Part shown: in pieces, positions 28,206-36,910 of the stretch
Layout: every line of letters begins with the position of its first letter
How positions within the stretch are numbered: the stretch's first letter is position 1
From: a virus
Lineage: Duplodnaviria > Caudoviricetes
Virus record (IMG/VR): IMGVR_UViG_3300012956_000018
Span: 13,091 to 77,090 of that record
Reading direction: 5' to 3' (one strand)
Length of the DNA stretch: 64,000 nt
Position numbers and translations under genes: made by a program
Notes under the pieces: model-generated
Told to the model about the DNA's origin: nothing
What the model saw: the letters and a program-made list of their open reading frames with translations, nothing else
Databases searched by the model: none

Positions 28206-28619
28206 ATGAAAATCAAATTATCAATTATGTTAGATAGTATTGAAAGTATTAAACATATTTCTCAGCAGAAGTATCCTGCTAAGATTAGTTGGATACTGGC
28301 AAAAGTCATTCGTAAGATGGATATATATTATAAAGAATTTATTAATACCAGAGACAGTTTAATAAAGAAGTATGGCGAAGTAGATGAATCTGGTAAGATG
28401 ATGGGGGTCAAAGAAGAATATAAGAATCAGTATTTTGGAGAGATACTAGAATTAATGAAACAAGATGTTGATATTCCTATTAATCCTATGAAATTCGAAG
28501 ATATTATTAATGACGAGGTCAAGCTAGAACCTCAGTATCTAGTAAATATAGATTGGTTATTTGGTGAAGATAATACACACTATATTACTGAGGTGGAAGA
28601 GAATGCTCAAGCTAGCTAA
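28206..28619 (+). CDS. Hypothetical phage protein (helical; often found after fibre genes)
   Basis: 137-aa ORF; K..W.LAK..R......R..LI.KYG pattern. Confidence 0.65.
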   Translation: MKIKLSIMLDSIESIKHISQQKYPAKISWILAKVIRKMDIYYKEFINTRDSLIKKYGEVDESGKMMGVKEEYKNQYFGEILELMKQDVDIPINPMKFEDIINDEVKLEPQYLVNIDWLFGEDNTHYITEVEENAQAS

Positions 28620-29199
28620 AAGACCTCTTCCAAGACACTGTATTCCTAGCGAGAATAATGGCCAATTAAAGACCATGATAGATGTGTCAGGGATAGTGAT
28701 TAGAAGTTTCAATGTAGCTAGAGTATACCCGAATAATAAATTTGATACTGAGTCTTGTATAAATCTTATTATTGATCTGAATCTAGCAGGCCCAGACAGA
28801 GGCTTGATAATGCAAAAAGATCATCATAGAAGATATTATACATCTCCGCACTATCTTATAGATAGAGACGGAATGATCTTTGAACTCATACCTCCTCCAG
28901 TAAGATCTTGGCACTCTGGACCATCGTCTTTTAATGGAAAAGATTATTGTAATAATTGGATGATAGGAGTATGGATTATAGGGGATTCTAGCCAAGATTT
29001 TACAGAACATCAGTATTTAAGTTTAAGTAATCTATGCAAAGAATTTATGTCAGCATATAGATTCTCTATTTCTAATATAGCTACTCATAAAGAAGTATCC
29101 TTATCTAATGGATCTTCAATTGATTATATGCTGACATTTAGTAAGCCGAAGTTATATCAATACATAGATGTGCCTGATATGATGGTTGCTGTGAGGTAG
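28603..29199 (+). CDS. AmpD/Amidase_2-like N-acetylmuramoyl-L-alanine amidase, probably catalytically degenerate
   Basis: SPHYLIDRDG, SWHSG.SSFNG..CNNWMIG, FT..QY.SL and THKEVS motifs; start MLKLAK at 28603 with GAGG upstream. Confidence 0.75.
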   Translation: MLKLAKRPLPRHCIPSENNGQLKTMIDVSGIVIRSFNVARVYPNNKFDTESCINLIIDLNLAGPDRGLIMQKDHHRRYYTSPHYLIDRDGMIFELIPPPVRSWHSGPSSFNGKDYCNNWMIGVWIIGDSSQDFTEHQYLSLSNLCKEFMSAYRFSISNIATHKEVSLSNGSSIDYMLTFSKPKLYQYIDVPDMMVAVR

Positions 29200-29205
29200 T
29201 ATGCA

Positions 29206-29586
29206 ATGCCATGGTTAAAATTTGCTCCGTATATAATTATCGCTGTTCTATTATCTATTATAGGAGGCATGAAGTACTATTATAGTAATAAGATTGAAAA
29301 TCTGAGTAATAATGTTGCTACTGAGAGGGCAAATGTTAAAATATTGTCTAAAGACTTGGAATCATGTAAGTCTTCAGTAAAGGAACAAAATAAATCTATA
29401 GATGAATGGAAGGCTAAATCTGAAGATGCTCAGATAGCTTTAGATAAAGCAATAAAAGATGCTAGTGATATAAGAAAAGCTAGCGATAAGAGGATTAGAG
29501 ATATATTATCTAGGCCTCTTGCTACTGATTGTAGTTCTGCAATTAAAGAGTTGAGGGATTCTGCTAGAGAGGATAGTGTATGGTAA
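29206..29586 (+). CDS. i-spanin (Rz-like)
   Basis: N-terminal TM segment followed by a periplasmic coiled coil. Confidence 0.8.
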   Translation: MPWLKFAPYIIIAVLLSIIGGMKYYYSNKIENLSNNVATERANVKILSKDLESCKSSVKEQNKSIDEWKAKSEDAQIALDKAIKDASDIRKASDKRIRDILSRPLATDCSSAIKELRDSAREDSVW

Positions 29587-29897
29587 AGTATATTTTTATT
29601 ATATTACCATTTTTATTAGCAGGATGTGCTGATAAGAGCAAGTTAATTGAAAGTAGCCCAACTACTACTGCTAAAGTAGTAGTGCCTATTCAATGCCCAA
29701 AGCCATCAGAATTAAATAGACCTGATTTAGAAGTACTTTCTTTAATAAATGAATCATCAAGCGATGGCGAAGTAGTTAGAGCATATAGAGTGGCCTTAAC
29801 TGATATAAAAGGATATGCTAAGGAATTAGAGAAGATTCTCCAAGGGTATAAAGAAGCATGCTCTAAGACGACTTCTCAGGAGAATAATCATCAATAA
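29580..29897 (+). CDS. o-spanin lipoprotein (Rz1-like)
   Basis: Signal peptide with LLAGC lipobox, Pro-rich segment (VPIQCPKP); overlaps the end of the i-spanin. Confidence 0.8.
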   Translation: MVKYIFIILPFLLAGCADKSKLIESSPTTTAKVVVPIQCPKPSELNRPDLEVLSLINESSSDGEVVRAYRVALTDIKGYAKELEKILQGYKEACSKTTSQENNHQ

Positions 29898-30156
29898 TCG
29901 TTTTATTGTCTATTCTTTTGTGATCTAATTGATCTTGCATAATAAAGCTATGTTGAGGAAATATTATATTTGCAAATATTTCTTGCAAAGCGTGAGCCTC
30001 TCCTAGAGTTATATTATATATACTGTTTGTATTACTTGAGTAGGCTACTACAACAATTGAATCTATAGTATTATTTTCGTTAAATTCTGCTAGTTTATCT
30101 ATAGATGTAGATATCTGTTTTAATAAATCGTTTCTAGAAATCATATTTGTTCCCAC
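29863..30156 (-). CDS. Hypothetical protein
   Basis: 97-aa ORF overlapping the terminase stop; converges on the spanins. Confidence 0.55.
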   Translation of the reverse strand: MGTNMISRNDLLKQISTSIDKLAEFNENNTIDSIVVVAYSSNTNSIYNITLGEAHALQEIFANIIFPQHSFIMQDQLDHKRIDNKTIIDDYSPEKSS

Positions 30157-33100
30157 TCCGGTATATCTGCTGTAGATATATTCTTATTATATAGTTTATC
30201 TGGGGATACGAATAAATATACTGGTTCGTCGTCTGGGTTCATAAGTGCACTATGTGCCGCTCCTGCCAATGAATCTGACATATCTTTTCTGATATGCGTC
30301 ATTATGGCACCTTTACTATCCTTCTGAATATTCTTTAATTGATTTCTCAATAATGGGCTCTTCCCTGTAGCTAGAGCATTATGAGCTACAAGATTTGATA
30401 ACTGCCCATATGGTATAGGAGTTCTATCTACAGATATTAATTTGGGCTTGTATTTATCTGGTTTATGCATTATTCTTTCTATATCCCACTTCTGTCTCAT
30501 TTGGGATGATTGAAATTGATCAGCAGATAATCCAGCAATTTGTACATTACATATTCTTGCTAATTCAATAATAAATTGTTCGATGGCATCAAGACTTATT
30601 CTATCAGGAGAAATAATTCTAAGAACTAGATCAGTAACTAGCATCACCACTCTATTACCAGAAGAATCTACAATATATTCTTTATGGAGAATAGTTAGCC
30701 CGGCTTCTGCAGTTTCTGCAAGATCACAATTATGTACTACTACTCCTGCATCTAATGCAAAATTATGATCATTATAAGGAGTATCTATCGATAAATCAAA
30801 TACCTCTGTATCTTCGTTTATATATTCTATATTTACTATTTTATGATTATTGGGCAGTAGTGATAATAAATTTTCGACTGACCCGACTCTTGCAATAGCA
30901 GTATCCCAAGAAGGAAATCCTTTATAGTCTCTGTTTCTGTTCCAGTTATCTTCATTAATGTTAATATTATTAACAGCTAATTTCATTAAATAATTCTTAA
31001 TTAATCCTAATTGTCTTTTATTACCCATCGTCGGATCAGAATTTATCATCTTTGACATAGCCTTACCACCAAGTCTTTGAATTTCTTTTAAATGATTATC
31101 GTATACTCCTCTTTTATATGCACTTTTTACACTATTTATATGATTTTCGGATCCATTATATCTCTTCAGAAACGCAGATCCATTTGCAGATTGAATTGGA
31201 GATATAAATTTTCTCCACTCTTCGCTATTTTCTCCATGCCAATTTTGTAACATATTTTTCTTGCCATTTATTTTACCATTTTCTGAATTTACTCTAGACA
31301 TAAGTGAAGTAAATTCAGAAGTTTTCCACCTACTAGCAAATCCGCATTTATCAGCATGTTCAGAATGAAGAGTTATATGAGATTTATTACCGATAAAGAC
31401 TAAATTATCAGGGTTATTATTCTTCTTATTAAAATCTTTATGATGTCTTACATAAAATTTATCAGCATCCACCAAATCTAGCTTCTCTAGTAGAGTATCA
31501 GATATTTTATGAGTATATATTAGTTCATTATTACGATTGTCTTTTATAACTTCATATCCAGCACTATCTGTATAACAGTATAATGGCATCAAGCTATCTT
31601 CAGGAGTAAGATATTGAGCTTCTTTATATGATCCATCTCTAAGCATGAATCTGTGATTAGGAGTACATTTAATAACTTCGTTGTTATCCAATGTCAATCT
31701 AATTATTCTCCCAACCATTCCAGTAGAAAATACTCTCGATATTCTTCCTGGCACCCACCCTTTACTACTATTCCATGTATAAGCCCAGTTTTGTATACTA
31801 TTCTCTTGATCTTCCAAAAGCTCTTCAAATGTCTTAGAAGTTCCATTTAATAATTTAATCTTTGTATCTTTAGTAAAGCAGTGAATATAACGCAATGCAT
31901 TAGGGTATCTAGTAAACTGTTTTCCTCCTGGAAAATCTACGAATATACCTGAAGGTATTTTATTCAATACAGATGTTCTATCATTAATACTAATACTTAA
32001 AGTAAGTTCTGGAGTTAAGAATGAATATTCAATACCAGAAGTATCTGGAAATAAGTATTCTCCTCCAAGTTCTTGGATACCCGCTAGATCTCTAATTGCT
32101 CTACTAATATCTGCTTCAAAGGATTTTCTATACTCACCCTCCGGTACTTTTATTAGTAAACAATTTTCCGGTAACTTGACTTTATCTTCGTCCGCCAGTT
32201 TACATTCTTCTTCAGATAATATCCTATGTGGGTGGCTCTGAGTTCCTCTCATAACCCAGAAGTGACCTTTTTCATATGGATATTTGTATTTTACTTCCCA
32301 TATGGGATATGCTAGTATCTTACTATGAGGATCATCTGGCTTAATGCGTTTTAGGTAGTCTGACATGATGCCTATACTGCTCTTAGCAGATGACATCATA
32401 GTAAGAAATATAAATCTAGACCCCATAAATCTAGATCTAACTCTCTCTTTCAGAGCATTATATGTCTCTACAGCATCTTCAGGACCTGATATTCTGAATT
32501 CTGATTCGTCTAGGCTTGCTCCGAATGCTGAAATACCTAATGCATGAGTGACTCTAGATCCTGACATTACCATCACATTATTAGGAAATAATACTGTCCC
32601 TCCACCATCTACAAATGGTATTCTACCTACCCCCTTATAATCATTAAAATAGTTAATATTTTTAACTTGTTCAAATATGGTTGCTTCTTTATCTTTCATG
32701 AGATTGACAAATGGAGCAACTACAGCTAGAGCAGATTTTTCTAATGTAGTAGAAAATAGTTGTAATACTAATAATGTCATAGGAGCTACGCCTAGAGCTA
32801 TCTGAGGTTGCTTCAATGACAATATTCTTATAAGATTATATAAATGCCCAATATTTGTGAAAGAAGTCTTGCCCGTGCCTATTGCTCCAGTCACAATTAG
32901 CTCATATCTAGTATTTCCAGGAGAGAAGTGTTCAATTAATTCATCCCTCCATTTAGGAAACAGAAAATCAGAATTAAGACCTATATAATTCTTAGTTAAA
33001 TATTCTTTTATTGTTGGTATCTTCCTGGTATAAAAGAATCTCCACATATCTTCTATATAATTATCAATACCCAACTGAAACATATATAGAGATGCACTTT

Positions 33101-33227
33101 TTAATCTGTTAGGTAGCTCATTAAATCTGGGGTTATTTTGTGATATATTCCTCTCTAGGAGAGCATATTCTTTACTATTTATAAATTGCTCAATCTTTTT
33201 GGATAGTTCTTGTCTATTTATAGTCAT
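30141..33227 (-). CDS. terL: Terminase large subunit containing an intein
   Basis: Walker A TGAIGTGKT, Walker B LDESE, RNase H-like nuclease (H-[intein]-CDLA, ADQFQS, KDMSDSLAG). Confidence 0.9.
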   Translation of the reverse strand: MTINRQELSKKIEQFINSKEYALLERNISQNNPRFNELPNRLKSASLYMFQLGIDNYIEDMWRFFYTRKIPTIKEYLTKNYIGLNSDFLFPKWRDELIEHFSPGNTRYELIVTGAIGTGKTSFTNIGHLYNLIRILSLKQPQIALGVAPMTLLVLQLFSTTLEKSALAVVAPFVNLMKDKEATIFEQVKNINYFNDYKGVGRIPFVDGGGTVLFPNNVMVMSGSRVTHALGISAFGASLDESEFRISGPEDAVETYNALKERVRSRFMGSRFIFLTMMSSAKSSIGIMSDYLKRIKPDDPHSKILAYPIWEVKYKYPYEKGHFWVMRGTQSHPHRILSEEECKLADEDKVKLPENCLLIKVPEGEYRKSFEADISRAIRDLAGIQELGGEYLFPDTSGIEYSFLTPELTLSISINDRTSVLNKIPSGIFVDFPGGKQFTRYPNALRYIHCFTKDTKIKLLNGTSKTFEELLEDQENSIQNWAYTWNSSKGWVPGRISRVFSTGMVGRIIRLTLDNNEVIKCTPNHRFMLRDGSYKEAQYLTPEDSLMPLYCYTDSAGYEVIKDNRNNELIYTHKISDTLLEKLDLVDADKFYVRHHKDFNKKNNNPDNLVFIGNKSHITLHSEHADKCGFASRWKTSEFTSLMSRVNSENGKINGKKNMLQNWHGENSEEWRKFISPIQSANGSAFLKRYNGSENHINSVKSAYKRGVYDNHLKEIQRLGGKAMSKMINSDPTMGNKRQLGLIKNYLMKLAVNNININEDNWNRNRDYKGFPSWDTAIARVGSVENLLSLLPNNHKIVNIEYINEDTEVFDLSIDTPYNDHNFALDAGVVVHNCDLAETAEAGLTILHKEYIVDSSGNRVVMLVTDLVLRIISPDRISLDAIEQFIIELARICNVQIAGLSADQFQSSQMRQKWDIERIMHKPDKYKPKLISVDRTPIPYGQLSNLVAHNALATGKSPLLRNQLKNIQKDSKGAIMTHIRKDMSDSLAGAAHSALMNPDDEPVYLFVSPDKLYNKNISTADIPEWEQI
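30729..31880 (-). mobile_element. Intein (384 aa) with HNH homing endonuclease in TerL
   Basis: Begins CFTKDTKI, block B CTPNHRF, HNH RHHKDFNKKNNNPDNL, ends VVVHN followed by Cys+1. Confidence 0.93.
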
Positions 33228-33751
33228 TCTTCGTTATCTAGATAGTCTTTAGGAGATTGTTCTTTATTATGAGTCAGCACTTCAGTGATCTCTAATATAG
33301 TATCCATTAAAGCAACTGCTTCTCTGCTTAGAGATGTGGATTTATCTGAAGGATCTGTATTATCTGACGAAGAAGTACTACCCCCCATAAATAGATTAAA
33401 TACTCCTAAAGATCCTGACGATTTTTCAGAGGATTTGCCGGATTCTGACATAATCATCAAATCTTTACTAGTCTGCTCATCAAGTGTTTGAATTATCTGT
33501 AGTAACATTCTAGGAGATTCGATTGTACTAATACTCAGTGCCAGTCTGTCTATTGCTAGTTTCTTAGTAGTTTCAATAGTATTGGAGTTTTCTAATCTAT
33601 TTTTGATAAACTGTGACGCCAACTCTTTTAACTGTGAGGATCTATTAAAAGCCTCTTGTGTTGGTGATATATCTAGACTCTTAGCTTCTTCTACTAAAGA
33701 TGTCTTATCAGAAGAATTTGTTCTTACTTTTATGAATTTAGGAATAGTCAT
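33224..33751 (-). CDS. Putative terminase small subunit / helical protein
   Basis: 175 aa, helical, coupled directly upstream of terL; assignment from position only. Confidence 0.4.
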   Translation of the reverse strand: MTIPKFIKVRTNSSDKTSLVEEAKSLDISPTQEAFNRSSQLKELASQFIKNRLENSNTIETTKKLAIDRLALSISTIESPRMLLQIIQTLDEQTSKDLMIMSESGKSSEKSSGSLGVFNLFMGGSTSSSDNTDPSDKSTSLSREAVALMDTILEITEVLTHNKEQSPKDYLDNEE

Positions 33752-34140
33752 ATTGAAGTTAGGAATTTAGGTAGAGACATATTATCTCTATTTATCTTTT
33801 CAAGCCATTCTTGAATTCTCGCTTGAATAGTGTTCAATTTACTTTTATCGATTTTCAATTTCTCTTGTATAGATGGCCAGGGCATTTCATGACATGTTCT
33901 ATAATAGGCAGCTAGAGCACAGTGCATATCTAAAGAAAATTCACTCACAGTTGGTATCTTTAATGTTCTACCTCCAAATGTGTGGAGAAATGTTATTATT
34001 TGGTCAGGATGCATAAAGTAAGTAACTTCAGGAATAATAGAATCTGGATTTCTTGATATCAAGAACGATAGAGCACAATAAAAGAAATCAGCTCTTTCTG
34101 ATAGATGATCAGCTAGAGTTTCTTCATTAATATTGTGCAT
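33748..34140 (-). CDS. Mor-like transcription activator candidate
   Basis: FLHTFGGRTLKIP resembles the Mor family GG..vyiP motif; C-terminal HTH-like WPSIQEKLKI. Confidence 0.4.
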   Translation of the reverse strand: MHNINEETLADHLSERADFFYCALSFLISRNPDSIIPEVTYFMHPDQIITFLHTFGGRTLKIPTVSEFSLDMHCALAAYYRTCHEMPWPSIQEKLKIDKSKLNTIQARIQEWLEKINRDNMSLPKFLTSI

Positions 34141-34732
34141 TAATATGCCTAGTCATTTTAATAATTTCATTAGTTATTAAATATGACAATAGTCTAATCA
34201 TCCCATGATACTTACTAGGAACAAGTCTTAAATAATCTACACCTTGAGAATAGTTTAGTATTATTAATTTAGTAATATTTTTCTTATATCCTACCATAGG
34301 AATTGAATTTAATATTTTTGTAATATTTTTAGAACAGTGAGACATTCTAGAAGTAACTTCTACCAAATATGAACTGTACATATTATTTGAATTATATACA
34401 ATATTTAATCCTTCTTGTTCTATATCTTCTATAGACTGATGCTGAGAATATACGTTTAGCTTCAACCAGTCTGCTGTAGTATTTCTAGTAGACTGCTTTA
34501 TATATTTGCCCCACGCCCATACCTCAAATGATTTATGTAAATTTATTATTATACTAGAAGCTACATCGTGAGATATATCATCAACAGCACTGTGTGGTAG
34601 AGATGGATAATCCGTTCTAATAAATATTGAAGATAGATTTACAATCTTTGTATATAAAGACTTCTGAATTTTTAAATCTTCAGATTGCTGATAATTATTC
34701 ACTAAAATCTTAATCTGATCTTCTAAAGTCAT
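34127..34732 (-). CDS. Hypothetical protein, possibly a divergent sigma-factor-like protein
   Basis: N-terminal helical region (LVNNYQ...DDISHDV...FEVWAWGKYI..TRN) loosely recalls sigma region 2. Confidence 0.3.
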   Translation of the reverse strand: MTLEDQIKILVNNYQQSEDLKIQKSLYTKIVNLSSIFIRTDYPSLPHSAVDDISHDVASSIIINLHKSFEVWAWGKYIKQSTRNTTADWLKLNVYSQHQSIEDIEQEGLNIVYNSNNMYSSYLVEVTSRMSHCSKNITKILNSIPMVGYKKNITKLIILNYSQGVDYLRLVPSKYHGMIRLLSYLITNEIIKMTRHINAQY

Positions 34733-34991
34733 CAGAGTCTATCGTATCTAAAATAAATTGATTCAAATCATCTTCAGTTAAATTTAAATTAAGTATCTGG
34801 CTTACCATAGAGCCAGTCTTTGCAACAATTAATTCGTTATTTGATATTATCAAAGTACCTATAGGAGTAGTAGCAGATCCGGAATATGCTATTTGTATTA
34901 ATATATATTTAATATATTCATCTATAATCTGCTTTACTGTATTTATATCTTTATTAGTAGATTTTGATATTTGGCTTAGGCATGGATCCAT
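34710..34991 (-). CDS. Degenerate HU/IHF-like protein
   Basis: LSQISKST...V..IIDEY..I...G...PIGTL helical-then-beta HU pattern. Confidence 0.45.
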   Translation of the reverse strand: MDPCLSQISKSTNKDINTVKQIIDEYIKYILIQIAYSGSATTPIGTLIISNNELIVAKTGSMVSQILNLNLTEDDLNQFILDTIDSDDFRRSD

Positions 34992-34993
34992 AA

Positions 34994-36322
34994 TTAGCCA
35001 CTCATACCATCAATAATTAAATCCCCTTTTGTATCTCTAGCTTTCCAAGTGGCTAGTATTTGATCGTATTTTTCCTGACTAATTTCTTCTATTTTACCAT
35101 AATGATATTTAAATTGTAATCTAAATGTCTTACTATCCTGACCTCTTCTAACCTTAGCTATGTGACTTGTTCCGATTAACCTACATTCAGGGTTTCTCCC
35201 TATTAAAAACATCATATCAACATGCATCTGCTTCTTTGAAGATTCATTAGGCGCTTCTTTAGGAAGATACTCAGTCCCCCAATATGCTGGCTTAATCTGT
35301 GAGGCTATCATTGTTGCATGACTACTCTTACCAAATCCTTTTAGCTGAGAATAAGTAGTTCCGCCTTCTTTATACATACTATCTGTAGATTCTTGCAAAT
35401 TGGCATCGTAATCTATTATTAACATATCAAACTTAAATTGACGTCTTAATACTTTTAATTTAGATATCAATTCATATATAGTAATAGAATCAGATGGATA
35501 TGCTTGTATCTTTAAATTCTTAAATCTACTTCTTATATCTGGTGTATAGAATTTCTCGTATTCCGATGCTATATTTTCTACTAATTCATCCCGACTCCAA
35601 CACGCAATATACTGTACTCCAGCATCAAATACTTCCATATCACCTAAAAATACATGAGCTACTTTAAATCCTTGATCTACAAAGTAAGCTCCCTCATTAA
35701 TCATATACGTAGTCTTACCTACTCCAGTTTCTGCTCCCACTAAAATAACATCCCCATATTTAAATCCCTTGTACGTTAAGTTCTTATTTATTACTGAATA
35801 TTTAGATCTCATAATTACTCCTCCAGGAGGAAGAGATTCTTCTTGAGATCTAGCTAGTACTTCAGGATTACTTAAATCTAGAAATTCTTCTCTAGATATA
35901 GAGAATTGAGCAGCATCTACTAACTGATTATAATGTTGAGGATCGCCTATCTTGCTTGAATCCTTAGAATTAACTACATTATAAATGACTCTAGTTAATT
36001 TACATTCTCTAATAAAATCTTCTATAATCTTTATTCTTATATTTATTTCATCTTCTGAAGAATATTCCCTAGTAGCTCCCTTGAGTATATTTAAGCAATC
36101 GATTACTGATAATTCAGTAACATTAGGAATCTTATGTAGCTCTATAGAGAATGTAGCAGCATCTGGTATAACATTATCGAATATTTTATTGGATATAGCT
36201 ATATAGAAATACTTAGCTTCGTCTACTCTAAAGAACTCTGATTTCAGATACGGTATTACTGATTCTCTAATCTTAGGATGAACTAGTAATTGTACTATTG
36301 AATATTCTTTAATTTGGGACAT
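34994..36322 (-). CDS. dnaB: Replicative DNA helicase (DnaB/gp41-like)
   Basis: GAETGVGKTT Walker A, MLIIDYD Walker B, IASQI, KKQMHVD and AKVRRG. Confidence 0.88.
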   Translation of the reverse strand: MSQIKEYSIVQLLVHPKIRESVIPYLKSEFFRVDEAKYFYIAISNKIFDNVIPDAATFSIELHKIPNVTELSVIDCLNILKGATREYSSEDEINIRIKIIEDFIRECKLTRVIYNVVNSKDSSKIGDPQHYNQLVDAAQFSISREEFLDLSNPEVLARSQEESLPPGGVIMRSKYSVINKNLTYKGFKYGDVILVGAETGVGKTTYMINEGAYFVDQGFKVAHVFLGDMEVFDAGVQYIACWSRDELVENIASEYEKFYTPDIRSRFKNLKIQAYPSDSITIYELISKLKVLRRQFKFDMLIIDYDANLQESTDSMYKEGGTTYSQLKGFGKSSHATMIASQIKPAYWGTEYLPKEAPNESSKKQMHVDMMFLIGRNPECRLIGTSHIAKVRRGQDSKTFRLQFKYHYGKIEEISQEKYDQILATWKARDTKGDLIIDGMSG

Positions 36323-36328
36323 TACTTA

Positions 36329-36910
36329 TTAGCCATATAACAATATGTGGATTCTTATTGACTGAGGGCTAGATGTTGGTATAGATACTTTCTCCACATA
36401 ATTTGAGAACGACTGAGAATCATCTAAATGACTAGATAATCTTTCAAATATACCATCTTCAATGACTTTGGTCAGATTAGTTATGTCATAAGCTCTATAT
36501 ACTTTTAAATTATTCACATCATTATATATTGTTGTTTCATGTAAATAGTATATATATGCTATTTTAATTATTTTAATATTCTTTGCTACTTCCTCTGGTA
36601 CATTTATCTTGGACCAAGATCTTCCTGATTTTATTGGTGAGGATAAGTGATTAGATATATTATTAGCAAATTCATAAGCTTCAGGAGATTTATACATTCT
36701 TCCTATTTTACGATTTATGCGATATACATCTCCTGCTGTGATAAGTGTATTATCCTTTATAGTAGACCATATACACTCGGCATATCTTAATTTTAAATCT
36801 TTATTTATTACTTCAATAGGTGGGTGAAGTATGCTAGGAATTTCTGACCATATTCTAGGTAGAGAATCTATAATAGGATATAATATATCATGATATATAA
36901 CATCACTCAT
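36329..36910 (-). CDS. Hypothetical protein
   Basis: 193-aa ORF coupled to the polymerase stop. Confidence 0.65.
   Translation of the reverse strand: MSDVIYHDILYPIIDSLPRIWSEIPSILHPPIEVINKDLKLRYAECIWSTIKDNTLITAGDVYRINRKIGRMYKSPEAYEFANNISNHLSSPIKSGRSWSKINVPEEVAKNIKIIKIAYIYYLHETTIYNDVNNLKVYRAYDITNLTKVIEDGIFERLSSHLDDSQSFSNYVEKVSIPTSSPQSIRIHILLYG

Noticed and set aside
28561-28602. TTG start extension of the amidase-like ORF
   Set aside because: It overlaps the upstream gene; ATG28603 has a GAGG RBS and fits better.
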